A DNA stretch of 63,912 bases, taken from contig NC_068983.1 of the NCBI RefSeq assembly GCF_001194135.2, forward strand, positions 163,220,664 to 163,284,575, written 5' to 3'. Source of the stretch: Octopus bimaculoides (lineage: Eukaryota). The notes beneath the pieces were generated by a model, which ran no database searches, was not told the origin of the DNA, and saw only the letters and a program-made list of their open reading frames with translations. The translations under genes were made by a program, and so were the position numbers. Below, piece by piece: positions 25,850 through 39,303 of the stretch (the stretch's first letter is position 1; every line of letters starts with the position of its first letter).

Positions 25850-26030
25850 CCACAATCACCAGGAACACACAAGTAACATGTCAAAACACATAATGGAAGA
25901 GGAATGTCTCATATTATTCAAACGGTTCCTGGACGAATATCTCCAACACAATCCATGGAGACCACCTCTACCCGGATATATCTCTGCAAACAACAACTCT
26001 TAACTCGAAAATGTGCTCTGGTGACTAAAG
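25850..26030 (+). mobile_element. CR1-like LINE extreme 3' fragment
   Basis: ...LFKRFLDEYLQHNPWRPPLPGYISANNNS*, resembling the FKxxLDxxL..IPDxP..PGY..NSL C-terminus also seen near 7930-8030. Confidence 0.6.
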
Positions 26031-26149
26031 TATGAATATAATATGAAGACATCGTCGAATGTCTTTTCCAGTTGCTGCTTTTAAGTTAGTCATTGCCAGG
26101 GACATTCCTGGCCAAAGCTCATGTAAGTATTTAAGTATAAAAAGGGTAA

Positions 26150-26240
26150 AACCGCCTTCGGTCATGAATGACCATGATGTTGCACCTAGAAAGTGCCCCC
26201 CCCCCCCAAGGCATAAGCCCGGGCAAGGTTATTTATGGAA
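26150..26240 (-). mobile_element. SINE family C 3' tail fragment
   Basis: ccttcggtcatgaatgaccatg...gcacctagaaag...aagcccgggcaaggt..ttatggaag matches 54385-54470. Confidence 0.85.
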
Positions 26241-29200
26241 GAGTCTGGACATCGAAGCAAGAGCAATATACCTAGACCCGGAAAGTAGGCTGGTCGTCTT
26301 GGATGTCGATGGCAGCAATGGATGTGCTTTTCGACTGATAACAGTTTATGCACCGTCCTTAACAGGCCGACCAGATTTCTTTCGACGTTTAGAGGTTTTC
26401 CTGGGGACATCTCGACCTTTACGTTTAGTGGGGGATTGGAATGCTACCCTGGACACGCATCTAGACTATGTGGGCAGAGATAATAATAGTAGGGGATGCA
26501 AATGCCTCAAAGACCTGCTCAGACGTTTCAAACTGTCTGACAGGTACCAACTGGACCACACGAATGTGGCAATGTGGACATGGAGCAACCGCATCGGGTC
26601 GTCCAGGTCGTATTTAGATAGAGTATTCTGTAGGACAGTGGATAAGGATAGTGTAGGTTGTCCACAGTTACACATAGTAAGTTACACAGACCACAAATTT
26701 GTGACTTGTACACTTGATTTAGATAAGACACATAGGCAGGGTCCCGCTTACTGGAAGCTGAACGCGTCGTTCACGGCACGACAGGGACCGAATTAACACA
26801 TTAGTTAATAGAGCATTGACGGGTGCCATCATCAACAACAGATGTGGTATGCCCTAAAGAAAGCAATTAAAGCAGAATCGGTGAGGTACAGTAAGGCCCT
26901 AGCATTAGACTGAAATAGAATAGAGGGAGACCTAGTTAAGAAATTAGAAGAGGCACTTAGAACTGGCATCGTGTTCAACGTACTGGCGGTGAGGTTGGCC
27001 CTCGACCAACACTTCAACGCCAAGCACGAAGGATGCGTTGTCAGAGCTAGGATGCATGCTCTGAGGAACGAAAGAGTTGGTGCCGCCAGAGTGGTGGAGG
27101 CGCAACGAGGCAACAGAGCCACCATTAGGTCCTTCACAGATGAACAGGGGCGCGAAGTACTCGAGCCTGAAAGGATGTGTGAGGCCTTTCAACAAGACTT
27201 CGTCCGACTGTTCAGGACAACTGGTGGGTCAGAACGCAGAGTGGACTTTAGTGCCTACCTGCATGGCCTGCCACGACTCTCAGCAAGAGAGGTGGAGTGT
27301 TGTGAAAGAAACATCACAGCCGCGGACGTACGGGATGCGATGGCAGGCTGCGCGAGAGACAAGTCACCAGGCTTGGATGGTCTGCCCTACGAACTTTATT
27401 GTCATATGCCAGACTTGTTTGGAGGCGTCTTGGCAGCTAGCTGTCTACAGCAACTAGCAACAAAACGGGAGTATCCCTGTCTTTGTATAGGGAGAAGCTA
27501 AAGAAAGATCCACACAAAGGGGAATGTCATAGATAACTTCAGGCCCATCACTCTGCTCAACGCAGATTTGAAAATTTTGGCCAAGGTGTTAGCCGAGAGG
27601 TTGGCGCTTGTCATCGAGAAACTTGTCGACAAGGTGCAAACGTGTGTCGTGCCGGGTAAGAGTATCCATGACAACATTCATCTGATGCGCTACATCATAG
27701 ACAGAGTAGTTAAGGAACCTGGCATAGGTGGGGCCCTGAGCAATTTGGATCAATCAAAGGCTTTCGATAGGGTAGACCACCACTACTTGGAGGCTGTCCT
27801 TAGAGCGGCTAGTTTCGAACCCAACTTCCGCGGTTGGATCGCTGCCTTATACAGCAGCATCCGCTCGGTAGTTCGCGTAAATGGTCATCTATCCAGACCA
27901 TTTAACATCATGCGTTCGGTTCGTCAAGGATACTGCCTCTTGTCGCTTCTGTATGTATTGACCCTTTAACCACTACTCCAGAAGCTGGCGACGCTGAGGG
28001 GCATCCCACGAGACCTGGCATGTGGGAGGAGCATACGAACGACATCGCCATCATAGTGGCGAGCCACAAGCACATCGACCTGGTCGGTGAGTCACTAAAA
28101 GAAATAGGAAGCGGTAATGGTAGCAAAAATTAAAACGGGAAAAGTCAGTGGGTTTGCGGCTCGGTACCTGGGGAAGCAAGCCCATGCCGCCCAACAGCGT
28201 CTCCATCGTGGCACGCTGGACCGACGGACCGGTTAAATTTCTCGGAGTCTGGTTGGGGCCGGACCTCCAAATGGAGAAGAACTGGGGCGAAATAACGACT
28301 AGGGTGGCCACACTCACACAGCAATGGGCCGAGACGAAGTTATCCCTAAAAGGTCGTGCAGATGTGGCGAAAGCGTTCATTGCATTCGTCATCGATTACC
28401 GTCTGACTGTCGTGCCTTGTCCCGACCCTATCATCACCAAACTGGAATACATACTCTTCTGCTTCTTGTGGAAGGGAAGCGTTCCGATGGTTAGGCGATC
28501 CATTTGCTGACAACACCCGCTAACTGGAAGGCTAGGCATGCCGTGGTTGATGCTGCGTAGACATGCGCTGAGACTGCGATATCTCTGGCGCTTCATAGAC
28601 GACGGTGAACAGGTGTGGTCGCCATTTGTGAAGCGCGCTTCTCCGCAGCTCGTCTCCTTGACCTGACTGCAGTAGAAGATCAAAGAGAGACCGAGGCTAG
28701 GTGAATGGCANNNNNNNNNNNNNNNNNNNNNNNNNNNNNNNNNNNNNNNNNNNNNNNNNNNNNNNNNNNNNNNNNNNNNNNNNNNNNNNNNNNNNNNNNN
28801 NNNNNNNNNNNNNNNNNNNNNNNNNNNNNNNNNNNNNNNNNNNNNNNNNNNNNNNNNNNNNNNNNNNNNNNNNNNNNNNNNNNNNNNNNNNNNNNNNNNN
28901 NNNNNNNNNNNNNNNNNNNNNNNNNNNNNNNNNNNNNNNNNNNNNNNNNNNNNNNNNNNNNNNNNNNNNNNNNNNNNNNNNNNNNNNNNNNNNNNNNNNN
29001 NNNNNNNNNNNNNNNNNNNNNNNNNNNNNNNNNNNNNNNNNNNNNNNACGTCCTCGGGCAGAATCTGGGCGTCGACGAGGAACACCTGATCCGCCTGTTG
29101 AGGACAACTTTCGGGTCGGGACCTATGGACAATCACCAAAGATCCCTGGCCTGGTAGTGCTATCGAGAAGCATTACCCGTTCGGGATAAGCTCTACAGGT

Positions 29201-29456
29201 ACGGTTCGAGACACATCGGACCGACTTGCCCGAGATGCGGTAAGGGCAACGAAACCGTTCTGCATGCACTCGTGCAGTGTCCAACTATTTCGGACATGTG
29301 GGCTTATGGCGAACGGCTGCTGTCACGTGTGGGACGAGTCCGCCTGTCGGTTTCAGATTTTGTCTCGTGAAAGTTTCAAAAACAGGTGAGCGAATGTAGC
29401 AAAGATGTTGCGTGCAAGTGACGAAACCACTTTGAGCATGATCCTGTAAATCGAAA

Positions 29457-29553
<97 letters not shown>

Positions 29554-29823
29554 CACTTTACTTTCATGTGTTTAATCCCTCCCTGCCTGAGGTGACCGTG
29601 GTCTTTTCCGTGGGCGTTTCTTTCCGCGTATAAACCTGATCTTACTTTTTACGTTTTTAAAACTCTTCTGTGATGCACGATCCCTCTTGATCATTTTTTT
29701 CCCGATCCCTTTTGATCGAATTTTACTTTTTTTTCCTATTTTCCCCCTTTTTTTCATTTTCGAAAAGCTCTACATTTGTATTTGTCCCCTCTGTGTTCAG
29801 CCGTGTGTGGCCAATAAAGAAAG
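26232..29823 (+). mobile_element. Tx1/L1-clade LINE ORF2 (APE endonuclease, RT, CCHC) and 3' UTR; 5'-truncated, frameshifted, contains an assembly gap
   Basis: EN: RLITVYAP...LVGDWNA...WTWSN...SYLDRVF...YTDHK...YWKLN. RT: KSPGLDGLPYELY, NFRPITLLNAD.KILAKVLA.RL, LDQSKAFDRVDH, VRQG. C-terminal CPRCGKGNETVLHALVQC. T-rich 3' UTR with aataaa, then (TATC)n/(CT)n. Confidence 0.95.
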
Positions 29824-29835
29824 TTATCTATCAAC

Positions 29836-29884
<49 letters not shown>

Positions 29885-29905
29885 CATCCATCCATCCATC
29901 CATCC

Positions 29906-29959
<54 letters not shown>

Positions 29960-30400
29960 GCATACATGCACATTTACATACAGTTTTTTTGATTCGAGTC
30001 ATGTACACAAGATAAGTGTTTCCACCATTCCCAAGAAGTATTGCGAACCAATATGGCTTCTGCAGTTCGAGATTGAAGATGCTCTGATCCGTTTCCATCA
30101 ACTTGGTTTGATGCAAAGTGCAGCCGCTAATGATGTAATACTTTGTGTTTCATTGGATATGTCTCGACACGACTGGTGAAGGTTGTGGCGAATACAAGTC
30201 ATTGCGTCTCGTCGCTGATTATATTTAGAAATATGCAGTTGTGGTCAGATTTCTGTAGTTTGCTTTCTCATTTACTGCATGCATTATTGTCGAATTCGTG
30301 AAACAATACATTGAGTAATTAATGCCCCCCCCCGCTTCGCATACATGCACATACATATCTACACATAAACACACACATGCATATGTATATATATTCATAA

Positions 30401-30431
<31 letters not shown>

Positions 30432-30524
30432 CTTATTCATGATTATGCATACACACATACACATGGCTGCACATTCACAAATACATATATGTACATGATT
30501 ATACATGTTTCTGGATATATATAC

Positions 30525-30570
<46 letters not shown>

Positions 30571-30899
30571 TATATACACATATATATACACGCACATATA
30601 TATTTCTCCTCTTTTCTCTTTTTCCGTTTATCCTATATATATATGTGTGCGTGTATGTATATATGTATATGTGTGTGTGTGTGTGTATGTGTGTGTGTAC
30701 GTCTTTGTCTCTGTGTGTTTGTCTGTGTGTCTGTGTGTGTATAGATATACATGTAACGTTCGGCTATCCAAATACATAGATGGCTCATAAATTACTACTC
30801 TTCTACAAGATAATGATACTAAAGTAATTCCCAATAAATTGGTTGGCAACGATAAATATACGAACAGACACGAACCTAAGATTAACTTCAGTGGAAAAC

Positions 30900-32050
30900 C
30901 AAGATACACTTAAAGTTATCGTGACGTGGATGGTGTGTATGCAAGACTAGTAAATGGATTAAGATAACTTCTGGTATTATTCTCCTCTTATTATATTCAA
31001 GTTATTGATCACAAAAATACATCGGTATACTGGGAAGAGTCTCAGTTAAATTCAACAGAATTAACATTTTGAGAAAATGGTTTCTGTCACGCACTTTCTT
31101 TTGACTTTTCAACCAAGCAATATGTCTCTCCACTCATGCATATTGTATTCATTTGGGAGAATACAAACAGCTTGAAAATATAATCAAATTCACTGATAGA
31201 TTCACTGAGAAGAAATACAGAACAAAATATAGCATAAAAACTCTCTATATATTAGCATATACAGGATATATATATATATATAATCACATATAGGATATTA
31301 TAGGACACAAATATAACCTCAGCCACACATAGAGCTGCATCTACACACATAGTCACACTTTTATATAATTCTCTGACGTTCATCGTCGGAGCCATCTCAG
31401 AGAATGTTTAGAATTCAAATGCTCAAACACACACACATACAAACATTATGCCTTAACAATAATATCATTGACTGTAACTTCGGAGTTACGCCCAGCTAAG
31501 CCATCATCGGTCTATGATGCATTTGAGTTAATCTTGGTTTTTATATAGACTCCGTTGAGATAATCTTTTTTCTCGGTAGGTGGAGTTCTGTTGAATGGTA
31601 ATTAGGTTGTAGCGTAGGTTGTGAGGGAGAAATGTTATGGAGAAGTAGTTTGTAGTTTAAATTTGCGTGGAGGACTTTTGTAAACAGGTGTGTATATTTA
31701 AGAGTGTCAGCTTTAGGCCATGCGATTGTTTTTAGGAGTTTACAAAAGAATGTAGGAGTTTCTTGGTCAGAAGGTGTATCGCTAGTTTTATCTTTTGTTG
31801 TTTTCTTTGGATTTAATCCTTTGCTCAGATAAAGTAACGGTCAAAGTCCGAAGTTTAGTTCGGCATTTAATACTCTTTAATTGGGTATACCAGCGGATTT
31901 GCGATGCGATTTTTAAGGGTTCACAAAAGAATGTAAGTAGTTAGCATGCTTTAATTGGTCAGAAATTTTCTTTGCGTGTTGTGGATGTTATTTATAATAT
32001 TCCCCTGTTTCTATTGGGAAGGTGGAGGTCATTGGTGTATATATTAATAT
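30900..32050 (-). mobile_element. Unclassified, probably PLE-related decayed repeat
   Basis: Segment 31445-31514 (minus) aligns with 32371-32436 (plus), and both carry hammerhead-like geometry. The rest is strand-skewed with no clear ORF. Confidence 0.3.
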
Positions 32051-32068
32051 TTCTATTTATGTTCAGTT

Positions 32069-32284
32069 ATAATCCTTTCCATTGTGGGCACAAGGCCTGA
32101 AATTTGGGAGAGAGGGATAGTGGATTACATCTACCCCTGTACTCAACTGGTACTCACTTTATCGACCCCAAATGGATGAAAGTTAAAGTCGACCTCGGTG
32201 GAATTTGAACTCAGGATGTAGCGGCAGACAAAATAACGCTAAGAATTTCGTCCAGCGTGTTAACGATTCTGCTAGCTTGCCGCT
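32069..32284 (-). mobile_element. SINE family B, full length with type-1 tail
   Basis: aatcctttccattgtgggcacaaggcctgaaattt...actggtactcactttatcgacccc...gaatttgaactcagga...gttaacgattctgctagcttgccgc. Confidence 0.9.
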
Positions 32285-32436
32285 TTATCTTCAGTTATAA
32301 TGAAAACAATATTACATTGATGTGATAGGCTACTCTATAATTTTTTAGAGTATAAATTTATTATTCTGACTAGTAGTCCGACGTTGGCTAAGCTACCCGA
32401 AACTCTGATGTCACTGTCAACAATATACCTGTTTAA

Positions 32437-32491
<55 letters not shown>

Positions 32492-32803
32492 TCTTGGGTG
32501 CACAGCTGTGTGTATGACTACAACTCTACAAGTAAAAACTCCATGTAAATTATCATTAACTCGTCTGCTTCTAGTATAGTGGTTAGTCGGTTACTGTATT
32601 TAGCGGTGTTACTCGTTATGATGTTCGGAAATCTGATGTTAGATCTCCGTAGCAGAATGCAATAATGTGTTTCCTTGATAACTCCTTGCAATTAGCCATT
32701 CAAGTGTACTTGGAACCTCCAATGTTGAGTTCCAATACACTGCAAGTACGAAACGTATATATGAACAAAAAAACATATGTAGGTATTTATATTAATTTTC
32801 ATG

Positions 32804-32858
<55 letters not shown>

Positions 32859-33089
32859 CATACATATATATATCGTCAGTAAGACTTAAATCCGAAATAG
32901 AAGCATACTGTTAGTTATAGAGCTGTATCTTATACAGGTAAAGTTGGAAAAGGCCGGCTTATGGGATTTCCCTGGGTTTTACATCCATAAAGCACTTTGT
33001 TTTACAGTATATCGTCAAATCCCAAACCAGTTGGCTTACGGCTTCTTTAGCAAGCGGCTTCTCTAGAAAATGGAGGAGGAAAAATCGTT

Positions 33090-33460
33090 GTTACTCTATG
33101 TCAACGACAGGGCTTTGTCTCTCTTTGGCTGTCAATCGTAAATGGCTCTGTTATCGTATAGGGCCCAGTAAGCCAGTAGGAATTTCCTGAAGTGCAGACA
33201 TGGTCCGAAGACCTCTGTTCTGGAGTGAGGGATGTTCCCCGGGTCGACGGGAGTCCTTTACTATCTTCACTTGTTCAGCTATGCACAGTTTACAACGCTT
33301 GGTCCCGTTTATGTAGGGGTCTGGATTTTCTAGAATTCTTCATGATATTACATGTGGAATTCCGTCGTTCTGCAGCGGCTATACATGGCAGTCTAATGAG
33401 CTGAGAAATGAATGTAAAACCTGGTGTGTGTTGTTGTGGCTACCACCTCCTCACAATATG
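33090..33460 (-). mobile_element. Penelope-like element, C-terminal end of a GIY-YIG-type endonuclease (second PLE lineage), decayed
   Basis: Minus frames give RILENPDPYINGTKRCKLCIAEQVKIVK and SRTEVFGPCLHFRKFLL, matching the PLE C-terminal W.IL...PY...K.C.LC..EK...LN.R.E...C.H..KF.L pattern. Confidence 0.7.
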
Positions 33461-33535
33461 GGGAATAGGCTGGGTATATGTATGCAAATTAAATATTTTT
33501 CGAAGCGTATCCTTTCATGTACCTGGAAAATATTT

Positions 33536-33909
33536 ACAAGACCATTCAGAGAGCGCAAACCTCCGCCAAGGCAACAATAACGTACTCTCAACGATTAGCC
33601 GGAGATGATTTTTAAAATGAGAATATCTGAAATAAACTCGACTGCTCTCACAAACGAGAATACTAACAATGAACCCGACCGCTCTCAAAAATTAAGTAAA
33701 AAAAAACCCGGAAAAATTATCCAGAATTCTTGTCCGGTATCGGATCGATCCCAAAATCTAATCGGTTCGTGCCAGTCACGAGGCCAAACATGTCTGTAAA
33801 TTTCATCCGAATCCATCCAGCGGTTCTTGCGATATCTTGTCCACGGACAAAGAAACAAACAAATACGACTGGAAAACAATACCTCCGCCTTCGCTAAGGC
33901 GGAGGTAAT
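33536..33909 (+). mobile_element. Helentron-type non-autonomous element (HINE/DINE-1-like)
   Basis: 5' end acaagaccattcagagagcgcaaACCTCCGCCaagg; 3' terminal hairpin ACCTCCGCCttcgctaaGGCGGAGGT. Subterminal inverted repeats, T-rich insertion context, no TSD. Confidence 0.75.
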
Positions 33910-34543
33910 TAAGAAGATATTCATAATATGTGTGAATCTATTTTTCTTTTTCTCTGTAGATTGTTAATAGTTCAGCAGTTGAGGAAGAACAAAGAAATAT
34001 TTCTTACATACAAATTAACTGTTTCCAGGGTGTTCTACTTTAAATTCGTTAAGCAGTTAGTATCATAGTTTTGACGATGAACGAAATACACGTGCCGTTT
34101 TCAGTATTTTCTTTCCGAATGCAGATATTAGCTTTAAACTTTTATTCCCTAGTAGTGCAGCCTTTGTTATGTGTTAGAATAGATATCTCTTCGTTTACAT
34201 AGCAACTCGAGTATTTTTGAAAATATATGCGGATGCTTTTAGAATTCACAGCCAGAATAATTCGAACATGTGTGGGACCCTGGAGCCGGGTATATCAATG
34301 TAGATAATCATATCCAGAGTAACTATCACCATGTTATAGCGACGGAAATTTATCACCTGATGTTTCATCTAATGTTGAACTTCCTACTGCTACAAAGAGA
34401 GAGATGTGTGACGTGGAACATATTGGGAGTTCATGCTATATATTTCTTGTCTAACATGTTTAATGACATATATATATATATATATATGCATACCATGCAT
34501 ATATGGGTACAGGACGTCACCAACAGTGCAAATAACATACACA

Positions 34544-34647
<104 letters not shown>

Positions 34648-34744
34648 ACATATGTATATATACAAATATATATACACATATGTATATGTGTGTGTATGCG
34701 TAAATATATATATTATATAGACATATACATTATGTATATATAAA

Positions 34745-35092
34745 TGTGTATGTGTCTCCGTTTGCCCCCCCCCCTCACAGCATATGCTGGTTTACTCCCA
34801 CCGCATGATGCTGGTTCCATACCCCTTAGAGTAACATCAAAATTCACTCACCCGTCCAAAAACACTCCCCAAGATTTCCTATCATTAATAAACTCTCTTG
34901 CCACACTCACTCCAACAACTCTAACTACCAAAGCTTTCTTCACTCCATCCATCCATCTATCCATCCATCCATCCATCCACACAAACCGAGGTCTGCTTCT
35001 GGTTCTGCTGCCTACCACTTCAGCCTTCATCCCTTTCCTTACTATCCGCTCCTTGTCCAACTTCTCCATGTGGCCAAACCACCTCAATTATT
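34745..35092 (-). mobile_element. RTE-clade LINE 3' end
   Basis: MRWFGHMEKLDKERIVRK..KAEVVGSRTRSRPRFVWMDG...VKKAL...AREFINDRKSW, the typical RTE C-terminus, followed by a 3' UTR. Confidence 0.85.
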
Positions 35093-35362
35093 TTATTTAA
35101 TTTATTTACCGCAGATGTCGCTATGCTGGTGATTTTAAATAAAAATGAAATGGTGCTCTGCGTGATTACCTAAAACTAAACATTTTACGATCTTTTAATG
35201 AGTAAGGAAAAAAAATTAAACATGTAGATTCTATGTATCGTCTTCATTGCCTTTGATTTACAATTTACATTTCTAATTTGGCCATGATTAATCTAGAAGC
35301 GATTATCTCCCTTACAATAATAAGCCGCCAGGGCACGCTACTTGTTAAAAATATACACAACC

Positions 35363-35574
35363 ATACTGTGCTGAAAATTTCCTGGCTTTGGATAAAAGAA
35401 AATACAGGAGTATCAGTTGATTATGATTTTATTCAACATATTCTTACAGATTCACACACTTCTTGCTGGGGTCCTTCAGTTTTTCTAAGCCCTGTAAAAG
35501 AATGCCGAAGGCTGGGCCTCCAACCAGGCCTTTCACTGTAACCTTAAAGCCAGGAATTTTTCAGCATTCCCTCG
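35363..35574. mobile_element. mariner-derived MITE
   Basis: TIRs tgctgaaaatttcctggcttt / aaagccaggaatttttcagca, extended on the right by ttccctcg then TA. The outer part of the left TIR is decayed. Confidence 0.7.
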
Positions 35575-35578
35575 TATA

Positions 35579-35648
<70 letters not shown>

Positions 35649-36515
35649 TTTGTTTGTATGCATGTGTGCGCGCGTGTGTTTTAATAAAGATTTTAATAGT
35701 ATATATAACAGCCTACAGCCGTAAAACATTGTGTTTTTGAAGATATATGTTATTTCGATTTTACCATGTCTATCAGAATATCAGACGTATGAATTGCAAA
35801 TTCAATATGATATTGGAATTACAAAAACTTTCTGCTTAAATCAGAACAATCGAAGATTACCCATAACTAAGATGTGATATGTATATATTTAAAGTTATTT
35901 CTAGAATATTCGCGAGTGTTATGAATGTATTAACTGCAGTCATCCTAAGCAGTTTGAAACAAATGAGACTATATAAAACATTCATATACTTCCATCCTGC
36001 ATTTTTGATTTTGGTAATAGAGTCACTTATCAGTTTGGGGTTTCTGTGAAAATTACTAATTTCCGTGACAAAATGGTTCTCTTATTACAAAAACGCAGTG
36101 TTAAAAGGAGAAAAGTATTGCACAGATTGGAGATCAAGTGATCGAGACTGACGGCTATCAACCTAGACATTGTTTCTCTTCTTCCAAGTCTATATATACA
36201 CAAACAATTATACATACATACACACTTACATGCACATATTTATACGCATAATCATATGGGTATATCTGTATGTGTGTATATAGATATATGTATATATGTA
36301 TGTACGTCTATGTATACAGATATGTGTGTGTATATATATGTATATATGTATATACATACATATGTGTATATATTTGTAAGTATATGCGTATGTTATGTGA
36401 AGAAGAATATATTATCGCATAAGGATATATATAAATATTTATCACTGTTAGCGATTTTCAGACGGGTATAAATATTTTTATTAGTATACATAAAAACATA
36501 ATGTATTTTATAATA

Positions 36516-36602
<87 letters not shown>

Positions 36603-37130
36603 AAACACTCATATATAAGTATATAAATATATAAGTGTGTGTGTGTATCTGTAAGTGTCTAAGTATATCACACATAACATGTATTGTATGATGTTACAGT
36701 TATGAATGTGAATGTATAGTATATATGTATATACCATATATATATATATATATGTGTGTGTATGTATTTATGTATGTATATAGACATATGAATGTGTAGA
36801 TGCACGTTTGTGTGTATATGTGTATGAGTATGCATATTTGTATATATGTATAGCCATATTTCTATATGTTCATGCGTGTGTGTGTGTGTGTTTCGCTGTT
36901 GAATATTGATATCGATATTATTAAAGTATTTTTAGAAAAGTCTCCGTCTCAGGAATGGAATCAATGAGAATATTAAGAATTCTTCAAGAAATACCATAAA
37001 CATGTTACCGAATATATTTCGTTTGCATTAAACACAAAATCTCGCCATTTAGGCATTTTCTGTATAATTCATTTAAGTGCTTTGGAAAGAAAGTTTTACT
37101 TCGTGTCGTCAACATCTGGATATCTATCGT

Positions 37131-37163
<33 letters not shown>

Positions 37164-37164
37164 G

Positions 37165-37205
<41 letters not shown>

Positions 37206-37543
37206 GTACATATGTATGCATATATGTATATATATACATATATATATATGTGTGTGGGTGTGTGTGCGTAAGAGCCGTACTCATTCTCATACTCCTATAT
37301 ATACATATTCACACATCACACTAACGTACAGGTAGAGATTCATAGGTACATATCCATGCACTAACATAACCGCCCATAAATACCTAGATGAATATTTCGA
37401 TATCCATGTTTGTTTGTTTAATAACACTTTCTATCTCTCGCTCTCTCCCTCACTATCTCTCGCTTTCACACACACACTCTCTTCCCCCTCTCTCTCTCTG
37501 CACACACACACACACACACACACACGCATATATNNNNNNNNNN

Positions 37544-37574
<31 letters not shown>

Positions 37575-37741
37575 ATATATCTATCTATCTCCTTGTCTGT
37601 CTATCGGAAACTTTCCACTCACCTCAATAATATTGCATAATAGGATGTTTTGCTTACACCCGTACATAGAAAATATACCGCTACAAACGACATACATACA
37701 TGCACATATACACACATGATGTATTGTTGATATACACATAT

Positions 37742-37935
37742 AGGCCCAGGTGTAACTGTGTGGTAAAAAGGCGCAGGCGTGGCTGTGTGGTAAGAAGTGT
37801 GCTTCCCAACCACATTGTTCCGGGTTCAGTCTCACTACGTGGCACCTTGAGCAAGTGTCTTCTACTATAGCCTTGGACCGACCAAATCCTTGTCAGTAGA
37901 TTTGGTAGACGGAACCTGAAAGAAGCCCGACGTAT
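37742..37935 (+). mobile_element. SINE family A head and core with a duplicated 5' end
   Basis: ggcccaggtgtaactgtgtggtaaaaa precedes ggcgcaggcgtggctgtgtggtaagaag...gaaagaagcccgacg. Confidence 0.85.
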
Positions 37936-37946
37936 ATATATAACTT

Positions 37947-38402
37947 TTTAAAACCTGGAAAAATCATTATTGCTGAAACATATTGCCATGAAATTGCCAA
38001 AATGAACGAAAAACTGCTACTCTTCCGTTCCAGAATGGTCGATCACACATTTCACTTATGATGCTCCAGAAGTTGAGGGAAGTTAGCTACGAAGTTAGTT
38101 CTTCCTTACTCAGTTTATTCCTCAGACCTTTCTCCTAGCGACTACCGCTTTTTCAAGCACCTTCATGGTCTCCTACAAGAGGAGTTCAAAAATCAAACCG
38201 ATGCTGAAAGTGCGTTCAAAGGGTTCATCATCTCCAGAACTCCAGATTTTTATCTTGCCGGAATAAACAAACTTGTAACTTGTTGGCGAAAATGTGCTGA
38301 TTGAAATGGTACTTACTTTTATGAATAAAATTTCCGCATTGTTGAAATATATTGCGATGAATTTCATGTTTCAAAACGTTGCTTACTTTTTACTCAGCCT
38401 GG
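37947..38402 (+). mobile_element. mariner transposon 3' half (same family as 13903-14924)
   Basis: YSSDLSPSDYRFFKHL...EFKNQTDAESAFKGFI...GINKLVTCWRKC, and right TIR cgttgcttactttttactcagcctgg then TA. Confidence 0.88.
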
Positions 38403-38827
38403 TACATAGATACATACTACATATATACATACATCCACACATAAATACATGTATACAAACACAAATGCATACAAACACACATGCATACAAACACACATGC
38501 ATACAAACACACATACATGCATGTATGTGTGTGTGTGTGTGTGTGTGTGTACCGACATTCTTTTCTAATCCTTATAACTGCAACCGAACCCACGGTTGTT
38601 ATTATTAATAATAGAAGTCTCTAACGAAAGTACTTCTTAATTTTTGAGTAATCCGTTTGGACGCATTCTTTGAAAGAAATATCAAATGATTCTGTTTTGT
38701 TTACTTTAAAAATAGTACCAAAGTTCGGTAATTAGCAATTTAATTAGTGGCCTTTTAACATCAAACTATTTTATCGTCTGACACTGCATTTATCCATTGT
38801 ATATTTCATGATCTGAAGATGTCTTTA

Positions 38828-39177
38828 GTCGGATAAAGTATTGTATTTAACTGGTACTCCGTCGGTTACGACGACGGGGTTCCAGTTGATCCGATCGACG
38901 GAACAGACTACTTGTGCAAATTCTTGAGTACTCACTCCACTGGCACACGTACTCTTAACATATTTCTCAGGGAAATTCAGCGTGTCAGACAGAATTGACA
39001 AAGCTGATCCTTTTAATTACTGGTACATTTTTTAATTACAGGTACATTTTTGTCAGGTATGTGGATTGGAGCAAGGTGAAATAACATGATTTGCACAAAG
39101 TCCCAAAGCGCAGGACTTAATCGAACTCACAACCTTGCGATCCTGAAGCCAATACATTAACCACTAAACCACACGAC
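38828..39177 (-). mobile_element. tRNA-derived SINE, C-like head with a different tail (family D)
   Basis: Minus head gaagtcgtgtggtttagtgg...caaggttgtgagttcgatt, body related to 54560-54716, and a distinct tail (...ccgtcgatcggatcaactggaacccc...). Confidence 0.7.
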
Positions 39178-39246
39178 TTCATAATGTATTGTACACATAA
39201 GTAAACACACATTCCACAATCTCACAATCATACACACACAGACATA

Positions 39247-39303
<57 letters not shown>

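Noticed and set aside
29712-30179. 155-aa ORF
   Set aside because: Composed of LINE 3' UTR, microsatellite and a short unrecognisable tail.
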